Assembly: GCF_006345805.1 (NCBI RefSeq)
Contig: NC_043021.1
Span: 24,738,001 to 24,802,000 of the forward strand
DNA length: 64,000 bases
Source: Octopus sinensis
Taxonomy: Eukaryota
Direction: 5' to 3'
Shown one piece after another: positions 24,453-35,831 of the stretch (its first letter is position 1; each line of letters starts with the position of its first letter). The notes under the pieces are model-generated. The model ran no database searches and was not told the DNA's origin. It saw nothing but the letters and a program-made list of their open reading frames with translations. Made by a program: the position numbers and the translations under genes.

Positions 24453-25149
24453 GGGGTGGAGATCTTAAGAAGAAAAAAAACGGTTTATATATAAGAAGAA
24501 TATATTATTTTATGATTGGCGAGGAAGCAGCTGATAATCTGTGTCTCGCTTCCTTTCGTCTGGTTTCAAAACATGAATTAAATGGAAACATGAGCACAAG
24601 AAAAATAATCGTAATAAAAGCTATTCTATATGTAGTGATTATGAACGAGAAACACCATTCAAGTGTGTCTGTTCGTTTCCCAGAGCAAAAATATTCTCCA
24701 TTAAAAACGGTTTGACTTTGTCTCGCCTCTGACCATCGACATTGAATCGTTCGCTCATTGGTAAACACGAAGCAAGATCTCCGTCGAATCACACCACACA
24801 GACACCTTATGGAATAATAAAGGGACATATTGGATAATGTAGTTGTAGGATGTTTAATGTGTGAAGACGAGATGGGATGGTCACGGCCTGAACGCCTGTT
24901 CTTCACGCTGAAGACAGAACTGCAGAGAGAGAGAGACAGACACACACACACTTCGCCATTACGAGTCTCTCTTGTCCCTTCTTTGGGCAGAAAAACGAAG
25001 AAGCCACATGCCAGAAATAGTTGAAATAAAGAAAGTCTATCACTGTACTCACTTTGAGAAAATAAACAGCCATGGTAGTAAATATGTTGGAAGAGTTAAT
25101 TAGATAATTGTTAACTAATTAAAGTTGGAACAAGACAACTGCCACTGTC

Positions 25150-25280
25150 ACAAACAACGGGTGACGTCAATGAACAGGAAGTAAGTGGCTGCGAGCAAGA
25201 ACGTTCCAAGCAGCAGCAGCAGCAGCCGCAACGCTATTGCCACTCATAAAGGAAGGTGAGAGGGGGCGGGGGCGGGAAAA
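25150..25280. promoter_or_regulatory. promoter-like cluster (CRE, ETS, GC boxes)
   Basis: TGACGTCA 25162-25169, CAGGAAGT 25175-25182, GGGGGCGGGGGCGGG 25262-25276 in CpG-rich unique DNA. Confidence 0.4.
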
Positions 25281-26274
25281 TGTGGTTGTATAACCCCAGG
25301 TGAGAACTGAAGGAGCATGCTTATGATCAATGACATTCCAGCCGTGACCATTCCATCTTTATTTCAAGTAATGTATTGGAGACTATGTTATCTCACTTGC
25401 TTAAAGATGACAGGGTATGATGAGGGAGATTGGCTGCTGCTATTTCTAGCAAATCGAACAACCACGTAGAAGACTTTCTCGTTGGGTTGTAAGAAGGGGC
25501 AGTGTCAAATGGTTTGGGCAGAAAGAGTGAGAGAGAATAAATATTTAGAGCAAATGTTACTGCTTCTACTTAATTTTTTAGAGAGAACGAGAAGAGGCAG
25601 ATTGTGTGAGTCCGTGACTCGTAAGAACCGACCTGAAACATCCGCGTTACACAACTTTTACCCAAGACAAGCAAATACCACTTTGTGTGTGTGTGTGGAG
25701 GGAGGCCGAAATGTTATCAAGTTTATTTGACAAGAGATTTACTTTTAGCTCATAGCCATTAAGTGATATATCTCATTTCGCTTCACACATACCAGTCTAA
25801 ATGTATTTCTCAGAACCAACAACCGGGTTGCCCCTTGCCCATCTTCACAAGAATTTTCATTTAACGCAAACGATTTTTTATTTTGATAAGGAGTATATTT
25901 TTAATGGAATAAAAACAAAACGATTTTTAAAAATTAGTTTCATTACATTAAATATGGGAATACCTATGGAACATAATCACAAATAAACTAATAATCTAAA
26001 AAAAAAAAACATTTATTTAGATGTGTATGCTTTAAGTATAAAATTCATTAAAAGAAAGAGGGGGGGCTGCCCTTGTCCTCTTTTCCGTAATTATCGCCGT
26101 ACTTTACGGCGGCACAAATCTACTCCCGTTCAATTTTTCATTAGTTTGAATTCTAGAGTTGTCTTTCTTGATAAATTTTCTTCAGAGCTACACTTACGTT
26201 AGTCACACCTTAATACTTCTGAGGTAAAACACGCATTTCTGGTGAATACACAATTGCGTTTGCACACATTTTAT

Positions 26275-26369
26275 ACATATATAGGATATATATATATACA
26301 TATATACATACATACATATATATACATACACTATACATATATACATACATACATATATATACATACACT

Positions 26370-26407
<38 letters not shown>

Positions 26408-26483
26408 CACATACATACATATACATACATATACACACATACATACATACATACATACATATATACACACTATATTATTATAT
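26275..26483. repeat. compound TA/TACA microsatellite
   Basis: Direct reading. Confidence 0.95.
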
Positions 26484-26486
26484 TTA

Positions 26487-26659
26487 CAGACAGACGATAC
26501 AAGGAAAACAAGGACAGCTTATTCGGAGTTTTCTTGGGGCTGGCCAGATTGGAGCAATCTCGAGTGTAACTAGCCGAAATTGCAAAGATAATTTGGAACT
26601 CGACTGAGGATAGAAAACTCCCAATGATCCGTCCTTGTTTTCCTTGTATCGCCTGTCTG
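26487..26659. mobile_element. MITE with ~48-bp TIRs (TA on the left; Tc1/mariner-like)
   Basis: cagacagacgatacaaggaaaacaaggac...gagttttct is mirrored by agaaaactc...gtccttgttttccttgtatcgcctgtctg. Confidence 0.75.
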
Positions 26660-27447
26660 GATATTTTGTTGTCTCTTTTTTGTTTCACCTAACTGTCTGG
26701 ATGTTTTATGTTCTTGTCCCATTTTTGTATTTTTTATACATACATACATACGATATGTGTGTGTGCGCGCGCACGTCAGGTGCAGAAACGAATGTAGTGG
26801 TTTGTCATTGAAGCCTGGTATTCTCCATCCTTGTATTATATTCTTCTCAATAGCGGAGTTCCACATGTGTATTCAGCCTTGCGAAATACCTTACTGCAGA
26901 GTGGAATGTGGCCAATAACAGTAGGGAGCTCTTAAATACACATTACAAGGTTATTACCAGAATTATACAAATCACAGATAAAATGACACATGAAAAAACA
27001 TTTTTAATATTACACAATAAAATCATATCTTTGAAAAATATATATATTCAGAACGAAAGTACCGAAAAATTACAATTGGCAATGAAATTATTCTTCGTCA
27101 TAGCTCTTCAATTGGACCCTATTTATATCAACGTTTCCAGATATTTGACATTATCAAACCGAATCTCTAATTGTCAATACCATTAGAAAAACAAAGATAA
27201 TGACGGTTTTGAACCAGTACACCAATATTATTAGGTCAAATTTATATATAAACTAAAGGAAAAGTAGCCATCTGACCGTAATGCCCAAGCATAGGAGCTA
27301 TATGAATCTAGTTAATATCTGTTCATGGGGGGGAAAAAGGGCTTGTCATAACCTCATTGTCACCATCTCTTTATACCTGCTTGAAATTACCTGTATCAGA
27401 TTATCATACACAAAAACCACACACATATTATATATATATATATATAT

Positions 27448-27836
27448 GGAGTGGCTGTGTGGTAAGTAGCATGCTTACTAACCACATGGTTCCAGGTTCA
27501 GTTCCACTGCGTGGCACCTTGGGCAAGTGTTTTCTACTATAGCCTCGGGCCGACCAAAGCCTTGTGAGTGGATTTGGTAGACGGAAACTGAAAGAAGCCC
27601 ATCGTATATATGTATATATATATATATATATGCGTGTGTGTCCCCCTAGCATTGCTTAACAACCTATGCTGGTGTGTTTATGTCCCCGTTACTTAGCGGT
27701 TCGGCAAAAGAGACCGATAGAATAAGTACTGGGCTTACAAAAGAATAAGTCCCAGGGTTGAGTTGCTCGGTTAAAGGCGGTGCTCCAGCATGGCTGCAGT
27801 CAAATGACTGAAACAAGTAAAAGAGTAAAAAGAGAG
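27448..27836 (+). mobile_element. SINE family A (tRNA head, CORE-like ccttgggcaagt, internal microsatellite), full length
   Basis: ggagtggctgtgtggtaag...ggttcagttccactgcgtggcaccttgggcaagtg...caagtaaaagagtaaaaagag. Confidence 0.9.
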
Positions 27837-29361
27837 TATATATATATATACACACACACATACCACTGTTCCAGGTAGTGTAAACAGGAAAAGCAAGGCT
27901 CACAAACAGCCACACCCACCTAGCTACACCCAACAAAAGTTTCTCGTCAAAAATCATTTCCTAACAACAAATGAATTATCAAATACGAATTACCATCTAC
28001 CTTCGAAAGTTCTAATTAACACACACTAGTGTTGGATGGCATGTCCAAACACACACACACACACAGTATGAGTTTTCTTTTGGTGTGTGTGTGTTGGGGG
28101 AGGAGTTCTTCTCTCACAGGCAAACGCAAAAAAGATCGAATTTCAAGATTTAAAGCCATCAATTTCTTTCTGTTACAAAATCAGTAAACCTGATGCTGAG
28201 ATATGCAGAGAGGAAGGAAATCGGTGCTTAGCGCCACTCAATATTTATCAAGAAGGCTTGGGCTCAAAGACACCCCAGCCGTAACCATCTCGTCTTTTTA
28301 TATAATTTGACCTATATTGTCTTACGTATCTTTCATAAAAGACAACAGGTGTGATCTGAGGGAAGTTGGTTGCTAATTCTAACAGGTCGAACGACTACGT
28401 AGAAGCTCCCTACTTAGCTCATTTTCGCAATAGCGTTTAGAATAGGAAGTTGTGACGTTCATACCATTCCAAATAGCATCAGCAAGGCAACTAAAGCAGA
28501 GAGGAATGCTAGCTGTAGCTTGCTACTATTAATATCAATCGATTTTTCCCCTTCTTTCTTTAGCAAAAGGCATTGTTGGTTGTCAGGAGAATCAGTCACC
28601 GAGAAGCAAACGTTTTGTGAATTGTCGATTATAAGGCGTTGTCAGGTTTTGTAATAATACTACTACTACTACTACACCACTTGTGCTTGCCAAGGAGAGG
28701 CTGAGGGCTCGCTCAAAGTTGTTCAACTTCTTTATACATTTTAAATGGAAAAAAGAAAAACATGGTATTTAGTAGTGATTAAAACCACTGTATATGTGTG
28801 CAGGGACAACACAAGGACAGGGTCACAAGCCTAGGAACCCACTCAAAAAAATAATACGATTTTAATTTTGTTTACTATCATCGTCTAACTTTAAACGTGG
28901 GTGTAATGACGTTTAAGGGAGTCACGATCAAGAATTCAAAGGGAACACTAATTAGGTCAAACATTCCAATGTACTTTTACAAGAAAAAAAAAAGGTTTTT
29001 GTTCTTTTGTTTATCGTTTGTCACCAAGTTCTGGCAGATTTTATTCTTTCTTGGGACAAATAGAGCAGTCATAGTAGGGGCCAGCACAGAAATGGCACCC
29101 TCGTCTGTAGATTGATTTCTTCATGAGAACCACCTATTCATTGCTAAGGGACCTGGGCCCTAGTTTTCTTGAAATTCCAAATAAAGTATTGAAAAGGAAA
29201 AGAAATTCATGTCAGCCCCTTCGTTTCTGTGGGAAGCTTTCAGAAACCAAACTAGGGCGATTGCTCTAAAGTGAAGAAGTCTCAACGAGTTTTTTTGGGG
29301 GTGGGGGACATATGTGATGAGAGGTGATCTTGGAAATGAAGGAATTTCTATTGTTGTCTTT

Positions 29362-29510
29362 GGCAATCCTTCGGTATCAACACACGATTCAACCACACAA
29401 CCTTCCCTCATGACACAGATAATAAAAAAAAAACGCTAAGCTGAAAAAACTGGGTGAATGACGTCGTCTTTTCATACCAACATTCTGGAGACCAATACCG
29501 AAGGATCGCC
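29362..29510. mobile_element. MITE with 16-bp TIRs and ~9-bp TSD
   Basis: ggcaatccttcggtat ... ataccgaaggatcgcc; flanks gttgtcttt / gttgtcttc; homologue at 63569-63713. Confidence 0.75.
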
Positions 29511-30510
29511 GTTGTCTTCTTAATAATATTTACATGGTTTGATGCGGCTGGGTAGAACTGTGGGGACATGATATTTAATGTTTTCATCTGGTTGTTGATG
29601 TTTACATAATCACAATTATAATCTGCCAAAAGCTCTAACCTTTAGACGACGGGAAAGAGTTGTATGAACGTGTGTGCGAAATGGGCATAAAAAAACACAG
29701 AAGTCTCTTTTTCTTAGGGGTAATTTTTATAATTATTTTCACGAAATATAAACAGTATAATTGTTAGTCTTTCGCACAATGAAATTTGCAATCTTACTAC
29801 ACTCTCTCCTTTGACGATAGCCGAATTGATGTAAAATTTTTGAAATACTAATTGATGATGTCCGCGGTTGAAGGATTAATGATGTGACTGAATGGGAAAA
29901 TGGTACAGTCTAAGTCTATCAAACAGCAATATTGGTGAGTTGAATTTGGGAAATGGACAAAATATATTCAAATATTTTTCTACGTCAGTCCAATTTCCAA
30001 TATTAATTTTTTCTGATAAAATGCCGTCAGTGATGCGACAGAAATTTTTTTCCACTGTTATTTCCTTAAGAATTCTCCACTGAAGGAGGAGGGGGCGGAT
30101 AGGCCCGACTCAGCCCTGTAAAATGGATGTGAACCCTTCCTTAACCCAACTGACAATTACACACTGCATTTTCTGACAAGCAGCGGTTAAAAATGTGAAA
30201 TAAAGGATAGTTCAGGTTGCACACACCTTCACTGTTTTTGCCCACCGGTGAATTCTAGTCGTCGATTCCAAGAGAGTGACAATTAGTGTTCCTAAACACA
30301 TTTTGGTGTTTTCAGTCAACGAAGTAATTAGTGGTGCCTTTGTAAAGCTATATATTGATTGACCTACACCGAATGAGAGAGAGATTGGGTTGTTCTAGGA
30401 TCATTGGCGGAGTGCGGGTTAGAAGACAGCCTCCAGTGCCAGTTTTAAGGGTCACCGTGACTGGTAGAAAGTCCTCCTCAGATTGGAGTCCTGGCCTGAA
30501 GGGAACAAAA

Positions 30511-30577
30511 TGCTGAACATCATCTCCTGGGCCTTGAGTACTAAAAGTACCCAAGGCCCAAGTGATGATGTTCAGTA
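30511..30577. other. near-perfect 67-nt hairpin (32-bp stem)
   Basis: tgctgaacatcatctcctgggccttgagtact-aaa-agtacccaaggcccaagtgatgatgttcagta; 28 of 32 positions are Watson-Crick pairs. Confidence 0.9.
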
Positions 30578-31360
30578 GAGTGGTGGGAAAATCTACCACG
30601 GTTGAATGACTTGAGATGAACAGAAGATTGCAGCTTGATGACACTGTATATTGTGCATGTCCAGATAAGGATGGAGATGATGCCCTGGTTTCCATTCATT
30701 TCTCTCGATGTTTGCGTGATTAAGTCATTTGTTTTTGTACTTCATGTCGTTTACAGTTGGTGACGTCCTGTACCTGCATATATATATATATATATATATA
30801 TAATTTGTATTATTATTATTTACCTGAACGCCACGCATCCATTTCAAGTAAGTTTATCTTAACCCTTTTGATCCGACTCTGTACTGTTTTCTCCACCATC
30901 CTCCTCTAATTCCCTTTTTCTCTCTCTCTCTTCTTTCTTGTTGTTCACACGTGATCATCGTCCATCTTTCTTTTCCTGCACGACTTCCTAAGAACTCGAC
31001 GTCGTCTATCTTTTCTCTTTTCAAAGAAACTATTTCTCCCAGCGTTCACTATTTCCCCTTCGTTCTGGTCTAACGACCCTCCATGTTTATTTTCGTTCGG
31101 TTTCCTTATATGTCTCCACTGTCCTGTTTTTGTTCCAAACTTTGACATTCCATAAATCAAAAAATTTATTTTGGAAGTTATGGGGGCAACTGTCTTCGAA
31201 GACTCATTGTCGTTGAATGCTCGAAATGAGTAGATAGCCCACAACTGATGAAGGGTCATTCTTTGTGTTACTTGTCTTGTTTTCCATTTTTCTCTAGTCG
31301 TTTGCGTATTAAACTCGTTTGTTTTTGTACTTCATGTTGTTTACAGTTGCTGACGTCCTG

Positions 31361-31400
<40 letters not shown>

Positions 31401-31404
<4 letters not shown>

Positions 31405-31808
31405 TCATCATCATCATCATCATCGTTTAACATCCGCTTTCCATGCTAGCATGGGTTGGACGGTTCAACTGGGGTCTGCCAAGCCCGAAGGCTGCACCAG
31501 GCCAGTCAGATCTGGCAGTGTTTCTACAGCTGGATGCCCTTCCTAACGCCAACCACTCCGAGAGTGTAATGGGTGATTTTATGTGCCACCGACACAGGTG
31601 CCAGTCGAGGCTGGCAGACGGCCACGCTCGGATGGTGTTTTTTATGTGCCACCGACACAGGTGCCAGACGAGGCTGGCAGACGGCCACGCTCGGATGGTG
31701 TTTTTTATGTGCCACCGACACAGGTGCCAGACGAGGCTGGCAGACGGCCACGCTCGGATGGTGTTTTATGTGTCACCGGCACAGGTGCCAGACGAGGCTG
31801 GCGAACGA
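31401..31808 (-). mobile_element. RTE-tailed SINE-like family B with internal 63-bp tandem repeat
   Basis: (atc)n cgtttaacatccgctttccatgctagcatgggttggacgg...ggatgcccttcctaacgccaaccactcc, then units starting at 31581, 31644, 31707 and 31768. Confidence 0.85.
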
Positions 31809-31852
31809 AGGTTAGCCAAAATATTTATTTGGTTTTTTAGAAATAAGACACT

Positions 31853-32238
31853 AGTGGCTGTGTGGTAAGTAGCTTGTTTACCAACCAAATGGTTCTGGGT
31901 TCAGTCCCACTGCGTGGCACCTTGGACAAGTGTCTTCTACTATAGCCTCGGGCCGACTAAAGCCTTGTGAGTGGATTTGGTAGACGGAAACTGAAAGAAG
32001 CCTGTCGTATATATGCATATATATATGCTGTGTGTGTTTGTGGTGCCTGTGTTTGTCCCCCTAGCATTGCTTGACAACCGATGCTTGTTTATGTCCCCGT
32101 TACTTAGCGTTCAGCAAAAGAGACCGATAATAAGTACTGGGCTTACAAAAGAATAAGTCCCGGGGTCGATTTGCTCGACTAAAGGCGGTGCTCCAGCATG
32201 GCCGCAGTCAAATGACTGAAACAAGTAAAAAAAGAGAG
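31853..32238 (+). mobile_element. SINE family A, full length
   Basis: Colinear with the other family-A copies. Confidence 0.9.
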
Positions 32239-32278
32239 TTTTAAACAAAGCGATTTATTCAATCAATGATATAATTAC

Positions 32279-32383
32279 CGTTTCCTTCCGATATCTTCCG
32301 CCATTTGGGGGCAGATCCATTATTCCCTGCTGTAAAAATGTCCTGCCTTGAAGTGTCACGTACCTAACAAGTACGCATGTGCA
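32279..32383. promoter_or_regulatory. promoter-like cluster (YY1, tandem ETS, NRF1-like)
   Basis: cttccgatatcttCCGCCATTT at 32285-32306; tacgcatgtgca at 32372-32383. Confidence 0.45.
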
Positions 32384-32901
32384 AGGGAAAGACTGAAGTT
32401 AGCAACGTATTAGAGTGTTTGAAGTTTCGTGTCGACAAAAACTGAACATTTATTTGGGGCAAGCAAGCGTGTGTGTGTGTGTGTGTTCGCACACACAATG
32501 TTAACTGTCAGAAGAAAGAGTACTCAATATCAGAACCACTTTCATTATTATCATCTTCCAGCCATACCCTCTCCCCCACCGCTGCTATACTCCATCTTTA
32601 ACATCTTTATCCCCTACCACTCCCGTTGCCCTTACATATCTAACATAACCCCCACCCCTCGAGCCATTCCTATATCTCTCAGCATCAATCCCTACACCTA
32701 TCCCCACCCCGTCTCAAACCACCTCACTGCACATTCTTCTGAAATTTTCCCTTCTGTCCACCCCCCTCCGCCTACACTCACCAAGTCCGATCTTGCATCA
32801 CTTCACCTACATTCACCTCACCCTCAATGTACCTTGAAAGTATGCCCCGACACACATCCACCACCATCCCTCCCTCTCTCTCGTGTGTGTGTGTGTGTGA
32901 A

Positions 32902-33010
32902 GGCACAGGCTTAGTGGTTAAGGTATTGCACTCACGATTGCGAGATCGTGGGTTTGATTCCCAGACGGAGTGTTGCGTTCTTAAGCATCTTCGACATCTG
33001 ACAAGTGGCA
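32902..33010 (+). mobile_element. tRNA-derived SINE head, truncated
   Basis: ggcacaggcttagtggttaaggtattgcactcacgattgcgagatcgtgggtttgattccc; related to 54985-55290. Confidence 0.7.
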
Positions 33011-33020
33011 CCCAGTTGCA

Positions 33021-33410
33021 CTCTTTTACTCTTTTACTTGTTTCAGTCATTTGACTGCGGCCATGCTGGAGCACCACCTTTAGTCGAGCAAATCGACCCC
33101 GGGACTTATCTTTGTAAGCCCAGCCTTATTCTGTCGGTCTCTTTTGCCGAACCGCTAAGTGACGGACGTAAACACCCAGCATTGGTTGTCAAGCAATGCT
33201 AGGGGGACAAACACAGACACACAAACACATACATATATATATACATATATACGACAGGCTTCTTTCAGTTTCCGTCTACCAAATCCACTCACAAGGCATT
33301 GGTCGGCCCAAGGTTATAGTAGAAGACACTTGCCCAAGGTGCCATGCAGTGGGACTGAACCCAGAACCATGTGGTTGGTTAGCAAGCTACTTACCACACA
33401 GCCACTCCTG
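33021..33410 (-). mobile_element. SINE family A, full length
   Basis: Reverse complement of the family-A sequence, from ctcttttactcttttacttg to ttaccacacagccactcctg. Confidence 0.9.
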
Positions 33411-33559
33411 TACATGTTATGTCGATCTGGTGAAGGGAGTGAACTTATGTCTACACAAACATATCGTCGGTATGGTTCTCCGGTAAGAAATTGTCGAACC
33501 CTCATATGTCGTCTAACGACAAGAGAGTCCGTTATATATTATATACAACTTTTTCTTCC

Positions 33560-33903
33560 TCCTCCTCCAACTGGAGCATCCTTGTACTTCTACAGCAAGA
33601 CACCCATCTTCACCTCTCCACTATCCTTTTAACCTCTCGTCAACTGGCACAAAGGCATCTCTCTCAACACTACTCCTCCCCATCGAAAAGACTTTGTCTT
33701 GCAAATTGCCTGCTGACCCCGCTGGAGCTACGACAAAAAAGCATCCAGTACACTCTGGAAAGTGGTTGGCGTTAGAAAGGGCATCAGGCTGTAGAAACCA
33801 TGCCAAGGCAGACAATTGAGCTTGACATGGCCTTCTGACTAGCCAGCTCTGTTCAAACCGTTCCACCCATGCCAGAATAGAAAACGAACGTTAAATGATG
33901 ATT
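33560..33903 (+). mobile_element. RTE 3' UTR / family B fragment
   Basis: gcaagacacc...agtggttggcgttagaaagggcatc...gaacgttaaatgatgat. Confidence 0.7.
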
Positions 33904-33906
33904 TAG

Positions 33907-34117
33907 TTATATATATATATATATATATATAAATATATAAATAAATATAAATAAATATATATAAATATATATATAATAAATATAAATATATATAAATATA
34001 TATATAAATATAAATATAAATATATATAAATATATATATAAATAAATAAATAATATATAAATATAAATATATAAATAAATAAATAAATATATAAATATAA
34101 ATATATAAATAAATAAA
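33907..34117. repeat. 211-bp A/T-only low-complexity tract
   Basis: No G or C between 33907 and 34117; (TA)n and TAAA units. Confidence 0.95.
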
Positions 34118-34441
34118 GACCCCCTTCGGTCATGAATGACCATGGGATTGCACCTAGAAAGTTACTCTCCTAGACACAAGTCCGGGCAAGGTTGTTTATG
34201 GAAGACCAGCAGTCGCCCATGCATACCAGCCTCCCCTCTCCACACCACCAGTGTTACCCAAGGGAAAGACAAAGGTCGATACAGCTTGGCACCTGTGACA
34301 TCGCAACTCATTTCTACAGTTGAGTGAACTGGAGCAACGTGAAATAAAGTGCCTTGCTCAAGAACACAACACGCAGCCTGGTCCGGGATTCGAGCTCACA
34401 ACCTCACGATCTTAAGCTCGACGCTCTAACCACTGAGCCAT
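34118..34441 (-). mobile_element. tRNA-derived SINE family D, full length
   Basis: Minus strand: aTGGCTCAGTGGttagagcgtcgagcttaagatcgtgaggttgtGAGCTCGAATCCC...gtgttcttgagcaaggcact. Confidence 0.85.
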
Positions 34442-34474
34442 ATTGATAGATAGATAGATAGATAGATAGAGATA

Positions 34475-34677
34475 TAGTAATCCTTCGACTATCACGGGTG
34501 TTACGTTCCAAAACCCCTGCGATAGATGAAAATCCGCAAAGTAAAACAGTTCTGTACCGTATATTTTTTTTTTATATATTATTTGTATTTATTTATTTTA
34601 TTATAAATGCAAAACACCACCACAGCATAATCGACGTATGCTTAAATGATAAACCGCGATATGGCGAGGGATTACCG
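34475..34677. mobile_element. pogo/Tigger-like MITE with TA TSD
   Basis: TA|tagtaatccttcg ... cgagggattaccg|TA. Confidence 0.75.
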
Positions 34678-34913
34678 TATATACTGTAGATGTAGAACCT
34701 GAGACGCATTTGGGAGAGCCTCGGCTTCACTAGCATGAATTATGCTCAAATCAATACGCCAGTCTTTCTTTTGCCCGAGTCAAATGTAACAAGCTTATGT
34801 TTGTACTTTAATTGCCTTTTTTACACGCACACAATTCCTTTGAGACTGACCAAGAACTCGAAACCTCAAGACCCAAAGCAAGTACCAATGCTACTGGTTA
34901 ATTAACAGCTTAA

Positions 34914-35110
34914 CCCTTTCATTACCAACCCGGCTGAAACCGGCTCTGGCTCTTTTGTACAAATTAAAACCTTCCACCAAACCTTAGTCACAATTTATGT
35001 CCCTAACTCTAGCTTTATGATAACGATGTTATTTTACTTAATTCTTTGTTATATTTAAAATAATTGGAAGAAACACTGAGCATCTAAAAATAAATTCAGT
35101 AACGAAAGGG
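34914..35110. mobile_element. TTAA-flanked piggyBac-type MITE
   Basis: TTAA|ccctttcattac ... gtaacgaaaggg|TTAA. Confidence 0.85.
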
Positions 35111-35504
35111 TTAAATGTCTATTTCAAAGCAGTTAGTACCACGCCAATTTCGCCGGTGTTTCATCAACCACTTGGCACCGGCAGAGCAAAGAGAGAGATG
35201 TATACATCCTCGACTCAGCGTTTCGACCAGAAACATAAAACACTTTAATACGACACACATGCAAGAACATACGTAGTTAATGCAGGCCTCTCTGCATATT
35301 GGCCGTAGAGAAACGGACCGACACATACGTGTAGGAGAGGCGGGCAGAAAGAGGAGGTGCCGGGGGAACGAATGGTGTTAAGTCATTAATAAATAGTCGA
35401 GAGAGTTTTAAAGCTGCCTGATCACTAATCAGATCTAATTCGTGCACGATTAATCCTGCTGAACTTCTTCAGTGGTACATTGATGTTTCTACCCGGATTT
35501 CGAA

Positions 35505-35831
35505 GATGATGATAATGATGATGATGGTGATGATGATGGTAATGATGGTGGTGGTGATGGTGGTGGTGGTGATGGTGGTGATGATGGTGGTGATGGTGGT
35601 GATGATGGTGGTGATGATGGTGGTGATGATGGTGGTGATGATGGTGGTGATGATGATGATGGTAGTGATGATGCTGATGATGGTGGTGATGGTGGTGATG
35701 ATGGTGGTGATGGTAATGGTGGTGATGGTAATGATGGTAATGATGATGATGGTGGTGGTGGTGATGTTGGTGGTGATGATGATAATGATGATGATGTTGA
35801 TGATGATGGTGGTGGTGGTGGTGATGATGAT
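35505..35831. repeat. compound (GAT)/(GGT) trinucleotide repeat
   Basis: Direct reading; it produces the poly-His/Ser-Pro/Met-Val ORFs. Confidence 0.95.

Noticed and set aside
31202-31260. Hammerhead at CTGATGA 31245
   Set aside because: No stem II or GAAA follows, and the upstream GAAA does not fit any hammerhead topology.
31581-31808. Regular repeats as a CRISPR array
   Set aside because: Units are contiguous with no unique spacers, lie inside a retroposon, and there are no cas genes in this eukaryotic DNA.
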